Origin: an uncultured Bacteriovoracaceae bacterium | GTDB taxonomy: Bacteria; Bdellovibrionota; Bacteriovoracia; Bacteriovoracales; Bacteriovoracaceae | Assembly: GCA_964012805.1 (NCBI GenBank) | Contig: CAXGUD010000016.1 | Location: forward strand, 22,918 to 86,917 | Reading direction: 5' to 3' | Length of the DNA stretch: 64,000 nt | Part shown: piece after piece, positions 1 through 9,827 of the stretch | Layout of the letters: the number at the start of each line of letters is the position of its first letter | How positions within the stretch are numbered: the first letter of the stretch is position 1 | Position numbers and translations under genes: made by a program | The notes under the pieces: generated by a model | What the model was told of the DNA's origin: nothing | Databases searched by the model: none | Seen by the model: the letters and a program-made list of their open reading frames with translations, nothing else

Positions 1-1
1 A

Positions 2-1036
2 GCTTCTTAAAAGAATTTTTCTCTGAAAAGGGTCTGTGAAGTTATCTTTCTTGTTAAAGACAGTAATTTGCTCTTTGTCTTTCACACCTAGTTCATCAAG
101 TACGCTTTTTGTTACCTCAAGGTGTTTTTTATAGTTGGGGTCTGAGATATCTACGACATTGATAATGAGGTCTGCTTCTAGTGCAGACTCCATTGTTGTT
201 TTAAAACCTTCTAAAAGAGTATTTGGCAAATTTGATATAAAGCCAACAGTATCAATTAGGATCATATTTGGCTTTGTGTCCGGGTTTAAGACCCTATAAG
301 TTGAATCAAGAGTAGCAAAAAGCTTGTCTTCCTCGAGGATATTCACCCTACAGAGGCGATTCATTAGTGAGCTTTTCCCAGCATTAGTATAGCCTACGAG
401 AGCGGCAGTGACTGTAGACATATTCTGGCGCTTTTTCTTTTGCTGTTGTCTGGCCTTAATGACTTGTTTTAGCTCTTTTTTATAAAACTCAATTCTTTGC
501 CTAACGATTCTTCTATCGAGCTCAATCTGCTGCTCACCTTCACCACCTTTGACACCGACACCACCCTTTTGTCTTGATAGGTGTGTCCAAAAGCCTGAAA
601 GCCTTGGTAATAAGTACTGAAGTCTGGAAATTTCAATTTGAATTTTTGCTTCTTTGGTTCTTGCATGCTCAGCAAAGATTTCTAGGATGATGTGGCATCT
701 GTCTACGACGGACAGTTTAGTGAGCTTTTTTATATTTCTTATCTGACTGGCCGTAAGCTCAAAATCAAAGACGAGGAGGCTTGACCCTTCTTCCTTTGCT
801 TTTTGGGCTATATCCATTAATTTGCCTGAACCAATAATTGTGGCCGTATCAATAGTTTTTCTTTTTTGGACAAAAGAGCTACCATACTTTATACCAAGTG
901 TTCTTAATAGTTCCTGAAGTTCCTTTAGGGACCTTTCCGTTTCGACTTCGGATGTATGCTCTTCTAATCTGTGAGTAACAATAGAGACTAGAGTTGCCTG
1001 TCCTTCTCGAGAAATATGAAATTCGTTATCTAACAT
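2..1036 (-). CDS. hflX: GTPase HflX (3' end beyond the window edge; not in the ORF track)
   Basis: Hand translation from ATG at 1036: MLDNEFHISREG...ILEIFAEHARTKEAKIQIE...GGEGEQQIELDRR...LVGYTNAGKSSLMN...DKLFATLD...LIDTVGFI...VFNKKD, the HflX N-domain and G1-G4 motifs; overlaps the panC stop. Confidence 0.95.
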   Translation of the reverse strand, partial: MLDNEFHISREGQATLVSIVTHRLEEHTSEVETERSLKELQELLRTLGIKYGSSFVQKRKTIDTATIIGSGKLMDIAQKAKEEGSSLLVFDFELTASQIRNIKKLTKLSVVDRCHIILEIFAEHARTKEAKIQIEISRLQYLLPRLSGFWTHLSRQKGGVGVKGGEGEQQIELDRRIVRQRIEFYKKELKQVIKARQQQKKKRQNMSTVTAALVGYTNAGKSSLMNRLCRVNILEEDKLFATLDSTYRVLNPDTKPNMILIDTVGFISNLPNTLLEGFKTTMESALEADLIINVVDISDPNYKKHLEVTKSVLDELGVKDKEQITVFNKKDNFTDPFQRKILLRS

Positions 1037-1913
1037 AATTTAATTCTACCAATTTATTATCTATGAGGCGAGTTTCACCGACTTTTAGGGCTCCAGCAAT
1101 AACAACAGTATGGGACTCTTCGTGGGGCTCCTTCAAGTCTGTAGAGTCGAGAACTTCCAGATAGTCCCATGAATGGCTCCTTTTGTAGTCACTAATAATC
1201 TCTTTAATTATGGGTTGAGCTGTTAACCAGTTATTTTCTTTAATTGTTTTTTTTATTTTTTCTAAGATCTTTGGAAGGACAAGAGCTTCTGTTTTCTGAT
1301 CGCCTGTTAGAAATTGATTGCGACTGGATAAGGCAAGGCCATCTTTATCCCTTTTAATAGGCATGGGAATGATTTGGATATTAAGGTTAAGGTCAGATAT
1401 CATTCTCTTTATGACGAGGTATTGTTGATAATCTTTTTGTCCGAAATAGGCCTTATTTGGTTTTACAAGAGAGAAGAGTTGAAAAACTACCGTCGTGACT
1501 CCATCAAAGTGGCCAGGTCTTGATTTTCCGCAGAGTCTTCCTGTAAGTTCATTACCAACACTTATAGTCGTATTGTAATCAGGAGGATAGACCTCTGAGA
1601 CTTTTTCAGGACAGAAAAAGGCAATTTTTTTTCCTTTTTCTTCAAAGCCACCTTCCCTAAAAAGGTCTCTTACTAAGCTCACATCGCGTCCTAGAGTTCT
1701 AGGGTACCTCTCAAAGTCTTCATTTGGTCCAAATTGTTTTGGGTTAACAAAAATAGAGAGTATGGTCCAGTCATTGTTTTCCAAAGATTCTTTGACCAGG
1801 GAGAGGTGACCAGAGTGGAGGTTTCCCATAGTTGGGACAAAACCAACAGCACATTCTGGAAGGTTTTGCCTAAAAATAAGGAATTGGTGTGTACTTCTTA
1901 GAATTTCAATCAC
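1026..1913 (-). CDS. panC: pantoate--beta-alanine ligase
   Basis: FVPTMGNLHSGH, SIFVNPKQF, SRPGHFDGV, FGQKDYQQ, GLALSSRN, RLIDN motifs. Confidence 0.97.
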   Translation of the reverse strand: MIEILRSTHQFLIFRQNLPECAVGFVPTMGNLHSGHLSLVKESLENNDWTILSIFVNPKQFGPNEDFERYPRTLGRDVSLVRDLFREGGFEEKGKKIAFFCPEKVSEVYPPDYNTTISVGNELTGRLCGKSRPGHFDGVTTVVFQLFSLVKPNKAYFGQKDYQQYLVIKRMISDLNLNIQIIPMPIKRDKDGLALSSRNQFLTGDQKTEALVLPKILEKIKKTIKENNWLTAQPIIKEIISDYKRSHSWDYLEVLDSTDLKEPHEESHTVVIAGALKVGETRLIDNKLVELNYVR

Positions 1914-3174
1914 GTAGAAACCTTTGTAAAATTTTTTGAGCGAGAGACTTTTTACTTAGTGGCCCTTCAAAAGTAACTTCCTTATTTTCCATAAAAGAAT
2001 AGTAGGCGCTATCATTGCTAAAACCACTGACCTCGGATGACTCAGAGGTTAGGCCATTATGAACTTTTGTACCTACAAGGAGGTCTACAGGTTTTCTTTC
2101 CCATTTTTCTTTGAGAACCTTGAAAGATAAATCTGTTTCAGCGGCAAAACCAACTGTTTTAAGGGCTTGAGGTTTTTCTTTTAAAACTTGTGCCAATATA
2201 TCTGGAGACTGCTTAATCGGGAGGTTGTCTTTTATGTTTGCCTTTTTGATTTTGTTTTGGTCTTGGACAAACTCGATGTCTCCAATGGCAGCTGATGAAA
2301 TATAGAGGTTATAAATATCTAAGCTTTTTAAAACGGCACGACTCATCTCAGAGGGAGAGACAACCCTCTGAACTTCGAAGTTTGGAAAAACATTTAAATA
2401 TTCTAATTTAGAAGTCGCTGCTTTTCCCGCAATAACTTTTACTTGAAGTCCCTCCTTTAGGGCTTCTCTGGCCAAGTAAAAGCCTGTGAGACCTGAGGAC
2501 GAGTTTGTCAAAAAGCGGACTGGGTCAAGTGGTGATATTGTGGCTCCTGTTGTAATAAGAACCTTTTTATTTACAGGTTTATTTACAGGTCTTTTTTTAT
2601 GAATGTTTATAAAAGGGAGGGTTTCAATAATTTTATCAACATCAGGGAGTTTACCACTTCCTTCTTCTCCACAGGCCAGTAAACCCGAGTCTGGTTCAAT
2701 TACATATACGTTGGAGAGTGATTCTCTAAGTGAGTTTAAGTTTCTTTGAACAAGAGGATTTTTAAGCATGCTTTGGTTCATGGCCGGGTAAAGCACGATA
2801 GGAGTTTCTTCATTCGTGGCCAGAAAAACGGATGTTAAAAGGTCATTGGCCGAACCTTGATTCAAAGAGGAGAGTGTATTTGCGGAAAGAGGTAGAATTG
2901 CAAATTGATCCGCCCATCTTGCAAGATCTATATGGAGTATAGGGTTTCGTTCAAGTTTATCAACCTCTTTGTAAGAAGATGGATATTTAAAATCGTCTTC
3001 TGGTTTGAAAACTTCCAAAGCTCCGAGGTAGAGAAAGACCTCTGGAACAACAAATTTGGTGGCCCCAGAAGTCACAATAACTTTGACTTCGTGACCATTT
3101 TTTGTAAGTCCTCTTACGACGTCCAAAGCCTTATAAGCAGAAATAGAGCCTGATACACCAATCAGAATTTTCAT
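1906..3174 (-). CDS. coaBC: bifunctional phosphopantothenoylcysteine decarboxylase/synthetase
   Basis: GVSGSISAYKA, HIDLARWAD, PAMN, LACGEEGSGK, DPVRFLTNSSSG, VGFAAET. Confidence 0.96.
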   Translation of the reverse strand: MKILIGVSGSISAYKALDVVRGLTKNGHEVKVIVTSGATKFVVPEVFLYLGALEVFKPEDDFKYPSSYKEVDKLERNPILHIDLARWADQFAILPLSANTLSSLNQGSANDLLTSVFLATNEETPIVLYPAMNQSMLKNPLVQRNLNSLRESLSNVYVIEPDSGLLACGEEGSGKLPDVDKIIETLPFINIHKKRPVNKPVNKKVLITTGATISPLDPVRFLTNSSSGLTGFYLAREALKEGLQVKVIAGKAATSKLEYLNVFPNFEVQRVVSPSEMSRAVLKSLDIYNLYISSAAIGDIEFVQDQNKIKKANIKDNLPIKQSPDILAQVLKEKPQALKTVGFAAETDLSFKVLKEKWERKPVDLLVGTKVHNGLTSESSEVSGFSNDSAYYSFMENKEVTFEGPLSKKSLAQKILQRFLRD

Positions 3175-3255
3175 TTTTTATTCTCACGAAAGGAACATAT
3201 AATCAGGTGTTCTTATTCCATAAGTTGTTTAACTTTGTAAATTTACAAATAAATT

Positions 3256-4026
3256 TTATTGATTTTCGTAGTCTAGAAGTACTTGAAATAAGGCTTCATG
3301 AATAAAAGAGGGCCTATGATCAAGAGAACTTTTTTCAAAAGTGCTTCTCTTAAAATAGGGAAGGAGGCTTGAGGCCTTTCCACCGGTTAAAATGACTTTT
3401 TTAGGATCTAGCTTTTTATTTATGAAAGTAAAAACCCCTTGGTGAAAGACGCTAAGGCTTCCGAGGATGGCACTATCTGTATTTTGAGGAACTTTTTTAC
3501 AATCGAGTCTTTCATTTCTAGAGGATGTTTGGAGGTCTATAACTGGTAGCTGGGCTCCTTTTTGAAATGAACTTAGGTAAGTTTGAGGACCAGGAAAAAT
3601 ATAGCCACCTAAAAAACCTTCTTCTGTAATATAATCAACCGTTGTAAATGTTCCGCAATCTATAACTATGGTAGGTCCTTCTGAGTTCATTTTCCATGCG
3701 AAATAGGCCTGGCATAGTCGGTCATCTCCAAGTGTTTCTGAGTAAAATACGGGCATCCCGAGGAATGAATCATTTTCTCTTATATCTGAAATGAATGTGC
3801 TTTCTATCTCAAAGCCAAGGGCACTTAACTTTTTATTAAGTCGTTTGCTGTTTCCAACATTGGAGATAATAGCTTTGACAATATTATTGTCTTCAGAGTG
3901 ACTTTTAAGAAGTTTGTTTAGAGATTCAGAGTCGTTAAAGGAAGCTGTTTCAGTTAGAGAGCTCCCCTCGAAAATACCAATATGAGGGTTTGTGTTACCA
4001 TTATCAACTGTTATGGTGGTACTCAT
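3256..4026 (-). CDS. coaX: type III pantothenate kinase
   Basis: VDNGNT, LGDDR, IDCGTFTTVD, GGYIFPG, ILTGG. Confidence 0.93.
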   Translation of the reverse strand: MSTTITVDNGNTNPHIGIFEGSSLTETASFNDSESLNKLLKSHSEDNNIVKAIISNVGNSKRLNKKLSALGFEIESTFISDIRENDSFLGMPVFYSETLGDDRLCQAYFAWKMNSEGPTIVIDCGTFTTVDYITEEGFLGGYIFPGPQTYLSSFQKGAQLPVIDLQTSSRNERLDCKKVPQNTDSAILGSLSVFHQGVFTFINKKLDPKKVILTGGKASSLLPYFKRSTFEKSSLDHRPSFIHEALFQVLLDYENQ

Positions 4027-4041
4027 TTCGCGCCTTAAACC

Positions 4042-4857
4042 CTAATGAAGTGTAACTTCTGCTTCATTTAAAGAAGATGAAAGTGACTTTTGTTCAGATA
4101 GGTATTGATCAATATAATTTTTTTTGATCTGGTAGAGGTTTGTTATGGGTTTACAAAATGAAGGAGGGGCCAAGGGTCCCAGATGGAGGAGGTCGTTTAA
4201 GACTAAAACTTGGCCATCTGTAGTTGTTCCTGATCCTATCCCAATTGTTGGTATGGATAAGTCTTTTGTAATTTCTTCTGAGAGGTTTGCCTCCACACAT
4301 TCTAAAACAATGGCAAAGCAGCCAGCTTCTTCTAGAGCATGAGCTTGTTTCTTAAGTGCCTCGGCTGTTTTAGACTTTTTCCCGTGGACGTAGTAGCCCC
4401 CTAATTGGTGAACTGATTGAGGTGTAAGACCTATATGTCCCATGATTGGGATGCCCGTTTGTGTAAGCCTTTGAATAATCTCTAATTGGTAAGGATGTGC
4501 ACCTTCTAGCTTCAGGGCCTCTACTTTTGATTTTTGAAAGAGGTGAATAGAGTTTTTTAAAGCAGTCTCTAAAGTTGAATAGGTTCCAAAGGGTAGGTCT
4601 CCAACAACAAATGTATTTTTTGCTCCTCTTTTAACGGCACTGGCAAAAACAGTCATTTCCTCAATTGATACCTCTACTGTGGTATCATAGCCAAGGATTA
4701 CATTACCAAGACTATCCCCAACAAGAATCAGATCGAGCTCAGTGTTATCAAGCATACATGCATTTTGGTAATCGTAACATGTAAGCATTTGGAGAGGCCT
4801 AAAGCCTCTATGTACTTTATTTTTTCTAATTTTTTTTGTTGTTAAAATTTTTTTCAC
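4042..4857 (-). CDS. panB: 3-methyl-2-oxobutanoate hydroxymethyltransferase
   Basis: MLTCYD, ILVGDSLG, DLPFGTY, KLEG, GHIGLTPQS, IPTIGIGSG, DGQVLV. Confidence 0.97.
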   Translation of the reverse strand: MKKILTTKKIRKNKVHRGFRPLQMLTCYDYQNACMLDNTELDLILVGDSLGNVILGYDTTVEVSIEEMTVFASAVKRGAKNTFVVGDLPFGTYSTLETALKNSIHLFQKSKVEALKLEGAHPYQLEIIQRLTQTGIPIMGHIGLTPQSVHQLGGYYVHGKKSKTAEALKKQAHALEEAGCFAIVLECVEANLSEEITKDLSIPTIGIGSGTTTDGQVLVLNDLLHLGPLAPPSFCKPITNLYQIKKNYIDQYLSEQKSLSSSLNEAEVTLH

Positions 4858-4876
4858 TTATGACCTCAATCAGTAG

Positions 4877-5848
4877 CTATGAAAACAACTCTGTCCCTAA
4901 TGTTTTATGAAGTTTTTGTATTTCTTGTTTTTCCCAATGAGAGTTAACTTTCTTTCTAAGTTGTTCAATGTCTGTTCTCTCGACTTCCTTAAAAAACTTT
5001 TTACTCCAAATATCGTCTATTAGACTATTCAATTTTTGCTCAAAATTATCGTCAAAAAGGAGGTTTTTCGCTTTTTCGCCTCCAATGAGAGCATTTGGGC
5101 TTATAAGGTTAAAAAAGTCGACAGGTCCGAGCTTTGTCAATGCGTCGCATATTAACTTGAGTTCAGCCCAGCACTCGAAGTAAGCAATCTCTTTAGAGAC
5201 ACCTTTTTCTCTTAATTTTTTAAAGCTTATAGAGGCAGCATATGGCAAAAGTGAGCACAGAATGCTTTGTTCGGAAAACAAATCTGCATAACATTCTTCC
5301 TCAAAACTAGATTGAAAGGGACCGACATTAATCCCAATTCCTCTTGCTAATTCTATGAGGGTATTTTCAGCGGACTCTTTTTTCTTTGGGTCTTTTACCA
5401 TTTCTGCAGAGTATGCGCCTCCAAGCTTACCCTGAGTCTCGTATTGAAAACGAACTTCTGAAGCTATAGCTTTTGGTGCTAAGAGAAGGTGGTTGAATTC
5501 AGAAAAGTTTTTTTCAAAAGAGCCATGACAATAACTGAAGCCATGTGCATAAATAAAATTACTTTTATAAGGGAAGTCCTCACGATAAGTTTTTAAAATA
5601 GACTCATGAGTGTGGTCAGGAGTTAGCATAAGGAAAATTGAATAGGATTTGAGGTTAGATTCTCCAAAAAAGAGGGTCTTAAACCCTAGACTCTTTACTA
5701 ACTTAATTGAAGAGCTATCTTGTCTTAGGATGACATGAACATCAAACCCTGAGTCTCTGAGGTTAAGGGCCCAGGACTTCGCCTGCGAGCCAAATCCTAT
5801 AATTAAAATGGGAGAGTTGCACTGACTCATCATAAAATCCTTGTCCAC
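4877..5848 (-). CDS. ilvC: divergent ketol-acid reductoisomerase (IlvC-like), probably acting as ketopantoate reductase
   Basis: GFGSQAKSWALNLRDSG, LTPD, YAHGF, LAPK, DLFSEQSILC, AYFECWAELKLICD align with class I KARI motifs; first gene of the pan/coa operon. Confidence 0.85.
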   Translation of the reverse strand: MDKDFMMSQCNSPILIIGFGSQAKSWALNLRDSGFDVHVILRQDSSSIKLVKSLGFKTLFFGESNLKSYSIFLMLTPDHTHESILKTYREDFPYKSNFIYAHGFSYCHGSFEKNFSEFNHLLLAPKAIASEVRFQYETQGKLGGAYSAEMVKDPKKKESAENTLIELARGIGINVGPFQSSFEEECYADLFSEQSILCSLLPYAASISFKKLREKGVSKEIAYFECWAELKLICDALTKLGPVDFFNLISPNALIGGEKAKNLLFDDNFEQKLNSLIDDIWSKKFFKEVERTDIEQLRKKVNSHWEKQEIQKLHKTLGTELFS

Positions 5849-5942
5849 AAAACCAGTAACTTATGCAATATATGATCTTAGAATGAGTTGCTACCATTAT
5901 ATTTTAAGCAAAGCAATACAGTTCTCTAATCAGGGGTTTTAG

Positions 5943-6887
5943 GTGAAAGAAAAACCATTTATTTTTTTTAATGGTCAAACATTTTATGATTTTAGTGATT
6001 TTTCTTTTCCATTAAATAGGGCCATGCTTTATGGAGAGAGTATTTTTACGACATTCCTTTTTTCTGAAAAAACTCCTTATTATTTACAAGAACACCTTTC
6101 AAGAACTTATAAGGGAATAGAGTTTCTTTATGGCAAAAACTTTTTAACATTCGAACTATATAAAAATGTATGGCAAAGTTTAATTTGTGCCTTTGAAAGT
6201 TGTCGAGACGGTATAGATTACTCTTTCCGCCTTACTTTTTTTTTAAAAAGCTCATCAAGGTCTTTTCTTTCAGATGATAAAGATGAATTATGTTTCTTTC
6301 TTTTGGGATCACCTATCGGAATATCCAAGAGAAGAAGCAAGGGGGTTAGTCTAGCTTTAGCTCAAGGAAGAAGGTTACAAGATGGGAAGCCGTCTTTTTT
6401 AAAAATGGGTAATTATGGAGATACTCTCATTGAGCTTAGAAATGCAAAGAAAAAAGGGTTCGACGATGTTCTTTTTCTAGATTTTAAAAATAGAGTTAAA
6501 GAGTGCTCAACAAGTAACATAATTTTAATAAGAGGAACAAACTTGGTAACTCCTCAGCTAGATTCTTGCTTGCTTGATGGAATAACTAGGAAGAACTTTA
6601 TAAAGTTTTGGAAATTTATAGGGGGGGATGTTGTCGAGAGGAGCATAGAGTTTGATGAGATAAATAGTTTTGACACTGTTTTATTAGCAAACTCGATTCA
6701 ACTTATCCGAACTTGTTTTCAATTAGAAAATATTAAGTTTAAAAAAAGAAAAGTAATCAATTTTTCTCAAACTGAGATTTTTCAAAAGTTTAACTCTTAT
6801 TCAAAAGAAAATAGCTATAAGGAATTTATAAAATATGAAAAAGAAAAAAGTTGGAGTCGTATGCCCTCAGTGCAAGAAGAAGTTTAA
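5943..6887 (+). CDS. PLP-dependent class IV aminotransferase-family enzyme, most like 4-amino-4-deoxychorismate lyase
   Basis: [22 protein letters not shown] (PLP Lys), ECSTSNI, LLDGITR; FTT resembles PabC rather than the FEG of IlvE. Confidence 0.8.
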   Translation: MKEKPFIFFNGQTFYDFSDFSFPLNRAMLYGESIFTTFLFSEKTPYYLQEHLSRTYKGIEFLYGKNFLTFELYKNVWQSLICAFESCRDGIDYSFRLTFFLKSSSRSFLSDDKDELCFFLLGSPIGISKRRSKGVSLALAQGRRLQDGKPSFLKMGNYGDTLIELRNAKKKGFDDVLFLDFKNRVKECSTSNIILIRGTNLVTPQLDSCLLDGITRKNFIKFWKFIGGDVVERSIEFDEINSFDTVLLANSIQLIRTCFQLENIKFKKRKVINFSQTEIFQKFNSYSKENSYKEFIKYEKEKSWSRMPSVQEEV

Positions 6888-7047
6888 TTACTATGATTCC
6901 GATTTCAGACCATTTTGCTCTGAAAGATGTAAGCAAATTGATTTAGGTCATTGGTTAGAGGAGAGTTATAATATACCTTCAGGGGAGCCTCTTCAAGAAG
7001 AAGACTTTGATAAAATTGAACAAGAGGAACTAAAGAAGGACTCTTAA
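6835..7047 (+). CDS. yacG: DNA gyrase inhibitor YacG
   Basis: CPQC...[16 protein letters not shown]n-finger signature. Confidence 0.93.
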   Translation: MKKKKVGVVCPQCKKKFNYYDSDFRPFCSERCKQIDLGHWLEESYNIPSGEPLQEEDFDKIEQEELKKDS

Positions 7048-7048
7048 T

Positions 7049-7918
7049 TTGAAAAATAAGAAACTAAACCTTTTAAAGGCTCTAAAGTTTTCAAAAGAAA
7101 TAGCTTTTGAGTCTGGTAAAATTCTGGAAAGATATCAAAAAAAAATAGGGTCTCTTACAGTTAACTACAAAAAAGCCCAGGGCGTTTGTTCAGAAGCGGA
7201 TATAATGTCTGAAAAGTATCTTATTAAAAGGATAAAGAAGGAGTATCCAGACCACGAAATTCTCGCAGAAGAGACATCATTTTTAAATTCAGATATATCC
7301 AAGAAAGATTTTGACCGGTTTAAAAAAGCAGAATGGTGCTGGGTCATAGATCCTTTAGATGGAACAAATAATTTTTTAAACGGTCTTGATTATTACTCGA
7401 TCTGCATTGCTCTAGCTCATCGTGGAAAGGTTTGTATGGGGTTGGTATATAGGCCAAGTAATGGTGATTGCTATTTTGCAGAAGAAAATAAAAAGGCAGG
7501 TTTAGCGAATTTAAAAACTTTGAGCCGAAAAAAAATTATCAAAAGAGATGATCTTTTATTAAAAAAAGGAAAGAAAATTTCAGATTGTCTTCTTGTGACA
7601 GGATTTTCTGCAAAAAAAGGTAGCTCCTTTAAGAAAGAGTTTGAAAAATTTGCCTACCTTTTACAAAAATGCAGAGGTATTAGAAGAATGGGGAGTGCTG
7701 CTTTAGATTTGTGTTTGGTCGCAGAAGGAAAACTCGATGCCTTTTGGGAAGTTGGTTTGTCACCATGGGATGTCGCAGCTCCAAGCCTTATTTGTAAGCA
7801 AGTAGGTCTTTTTATAGGGACTTATGATGGGGACTACTTTGATGCATTTGCAAAGGATAGTCTTTTAGTTACACCACATAACTTGAAAAAAGAGTTTATA
7901 ACCTATTTAAGTGGTTAG
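7049..7918 (+). CDS. suhB: inositol monophosphatase family protein (SuhB)
   Basis: ILAEE, WVIDPLDGTNNF, RRMGSAALDLC, PWDVAA. Confidence 0.92.
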   Translation: MKNKKLNLLKALKFSKEIAFESGKILERYQKKIGSLTVNYKKAQGVCSEADIMSEKYLIKRIKKEYPDHEILAEETSFLNSDISKKDFDRFKKAEWCWVIDPLDGTNNFLNGLDYYSICIALAHRGKVCMGLVYRPSNGDCYFAEENKKAGLANLKTLSRKKIIKRDDLLLKKGKKISDCLLVTGFSAKKGSSFKKEFEKFAYLLQKCRGIRRMGSAALDLCLVAEGKLDAFWEVGLSPWDVAAPSLICKQVGLFIGTYDGDYFDAFAKDSLLVTPHNLKKEFITYLSG

Positions 7919-7957
7919 GTTTTTACCCATGTTACCAGGGTAAAGGTTGAGGGTCTG

Positions 7958-7986
7958 TTGACTCAGGTTGAGGCTAATTTTATAAT
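7958..7986 (+). promoter_or_regulatory. sigma70-type promoter of the 8052 gene
   Basis: TTGACT-17 nt-TATAAT; GGAGGG ribosome-binding site at 8041 before the GTG start. Confidence 0.75.
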
Positions 7987-8051
7987 GTTAGCGAGGTATT
8001 TTATATTGTTTGGGAGTATAGTTTCTCAGACAGTTTCCATGGAGGGAGACT

Positions 8052-9041
8052 GTGGCTGAAATTCTAAAAAGGTTCCTTGCAGATTTAATCGCCGTTATTA
8101 CAGAGTCCACTGGCGATACGATGATTATTTCTGCTCTTGTACTGCTTTTAGTTCTAGGTGCTCTTGTATCTGTTTGGCTTTATAACAGAAGAAAATTCCA
8201 TAATCTTTCTCATCAAATACCGGCGAGCATTGTTAAAAATTACCTAGACTCAATAATTCAAAACTCAACTTCCTTGAAGTCCTCCCTTTTCAGAGGGGGA
8301 GGGATGGATATTGGGGAAGGAATTCCTTCTGTTGTTCCGACTGATGACTTAAGGCCTGGGCCGGTTTCAGCTGCTTCATCAGAGGAGTTAAATAGAAAAA
8401 ATGCAGAAATATCATCCCTTAATTCTAAGTTATCGGACAAAGACAGACTTATTTCAGACCTTGAGAAAAGGTTAGCAGACGCCGCAAAAGCTGGTGGTGG
8501 TGATGCAGTTCTTCAATCAGAGGTAGACCGACTTCAAAAAGAAAAAAAAGATTTAGAAGCCAAGGTAAAATCGTTAGAAGAAGAGCTTGCTAAAGCAAAA
8601 GCTAACGCAGGAGATCCTGCTGCTTTGGAGTCTATCACAAAAGAGAGAGACGCCCTTAAAGAAAGGCTAGTTGAATATGAAATCATTGAAGAAGATCTAG
8701 CAAATCTTAAAAAGCTTCAACAAGAAAATGAGACACTTAAAAAAGAACTTGATGCATTGAAAGCAGGTGGAGCAGTGGCGGCAGGAGCTGCAGCTGCAGC
8801 CGTCGCATCAGCACCAGAGCCAGAGCCTCCACCACCAGCACCAGAGCCAGAGCCAGAGCCTCCAACTCCTGAACCAGCCGGAGATGATGATTTAGAAGCT
8901 GCCATGGCGGCGGCTATTGAAGAGCCTGCAGCAGCAGAAGCACCAGCAGAAGAAGCTCCAGCAGGGGAAGGTGAAGAAGAGGGAGAAGATCAAAAATCAG
9001 CAGAAGAGTTGTTAAGTGAATTTGAAAAAATGCTCGGTTAA
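8052..9041 (+). CDS. membrane-anchored coiled-coil protein with Pro/Glu/Ala-rich disordered tail
   Basis: TM helix about aa 24-44, heptad-rich aa 110-238, PEPEPPPP linker, C-terminal amphipathic helix SAEELLSEFEKMLG. Confidence 0.85.
   Translation: MAEILKRFLADLIAVITESTGDTMIISALVLLLVLGALVSVWLYNRRKFHNLSHQIPASIVKNYLDSIIQNSTSLKSSLFRGGGMDIGEGIPSVVPTDDLRPGPVSAASSEELNRKNAEISSLNSKLSDKDRLISDLEKRLADAAKAGGGDAVLQSEVDRLQKEKKDLEAKVKSLEEELAKAKANAGDPAALESITKERDALKERLVEYEIIEEDLANLKKLQQENETLKKELDALKAGGAVAAGAAAAAVASAPEPEPPPPAPEPEPEPPTPEPAGDDDLEAAMAAAIEEPAAAEAPAEEAPAGEGEEEGEDQKSAEELLSEFEKMLG
8811..8865 (+). repeat. coding CCAGAG hexamer repeats encoding PEPEP
   Basis: gcaccagagccagagcctcca followed by gcaccagagccagagccagagcctcca. 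Confidence 0.8.
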
Positions 9042-9822
9042 AAAATTTGGTGTTCTTTGCCCTATAATTACTCTTATCATATTTCTATCTTTCATTCCAA
9101 ATTCGTTGCCCTCAATAAAAAGAAATTATTTTAATACCCCTTTAAGTGAAGAAAAAGAGCTGATTAATCTTCTCCTAAATAAAAGGAAAGATTCAGATAA
9201 CCTAAAAAAAATAAAAAACTTATCATTTAGAATGAGTGGGGCTTCGGTACCAATATTAATAAAGGCAATGAAAAGTAATAAATTTCCTGATAAAAACCGT
9301 TGGGCTGCCACGTTTATTTTGGGAAAGATTATGGGAAAGAAATCTGTGCCACTTTTAATAAAGTATTTGGAACATCCTAATTTTATTTTGAGACTGGCCA
9401 GTTTAAAAACACTTCTGCAACTTAAGGAAAGAAACCTAAAGGGAAACCTAAAAAAAGTTTTGAGAGATAAGTCTTTATTAGTTCGTATTCAGGCATTGGA
9501 AAATATAAAAAGATTAAAACTAAAGAAATACTCTAATGATGTTTGGAAGATGCTCTTTGAAAAAAAAAATTATCATAATTTAAAGAATAAAAAGTTCGTA
9601 AGAGGAAGAATAATAAGAAAGGTCGTTAGGGTTTTAGGAGATTTAAATTTTAAAAGGGCCCTGGGACCTTTTCTTAAACTGATTCAAAAGGACCATTACC
9701 AAGACTTGTTTTTTGATATTGACTATTCTCTTCAAAAGTTATCAGGAAAAAAATCACCCGATGGTAGCGAAAAATTAAAAAGATTTTTTTGGAAAAAGTA
9801 TATGAAGAAGCTTTCAATGTAA
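9016..9822 (+). CDS. HEAT-repeat protein with N-terminal signal or TM segment
   Basis: SVPILIKAM...RWAATFILGKI...SVPLLIKYLEHPNFILRLASLKTL...LRDKSLLVRIQALENI; true start uncertain. Confidence 0.75.
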   Translation: MNLKKCSVKKFGVLCPIITLIIFLSFIPNSLPSIKRNYFNTPLSEEKELINLLLNKRKDSDNLKKIKNLSFRMSGASVPILIKAMKSNKFPDKNRWAATFILGKIMGKKSVPLLIKYLEHPNFILRLASLKTLLQLKERNLKGNLKKVLRDKSLLVRIQALENIKRLKLKKYSNDVWKMLFEKKNYHNLKNKKFVRGRIIRKVVRVLGDLNFKRALGPFLKLIQKDHYQDLFFDIDYSLQKLSGKKSPDGSEKLKRFFWKKYMKKLSM

Positions 9823-9827
9823 ATTAA

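Noticed and set aside
469..675. 68 aa ORF in the track
   Set aside because: Alternative frame inside hflX, which has full motif support
5943..6887. Class IV enzyme as an IlvE supplying ketoisovalerate to the divergent pan operon
   Set aside because: Attractive by position, but the FTT motif resembles PabC rather than IlvE (FEG), so not supported
8717..8905. Gly/Ser-rich antisense ORF and short repeats
   Set aside because: Reverse complement of the Pro/Glu linker of the 8052 gene; no repeat-spacer structure, so not CRISPR
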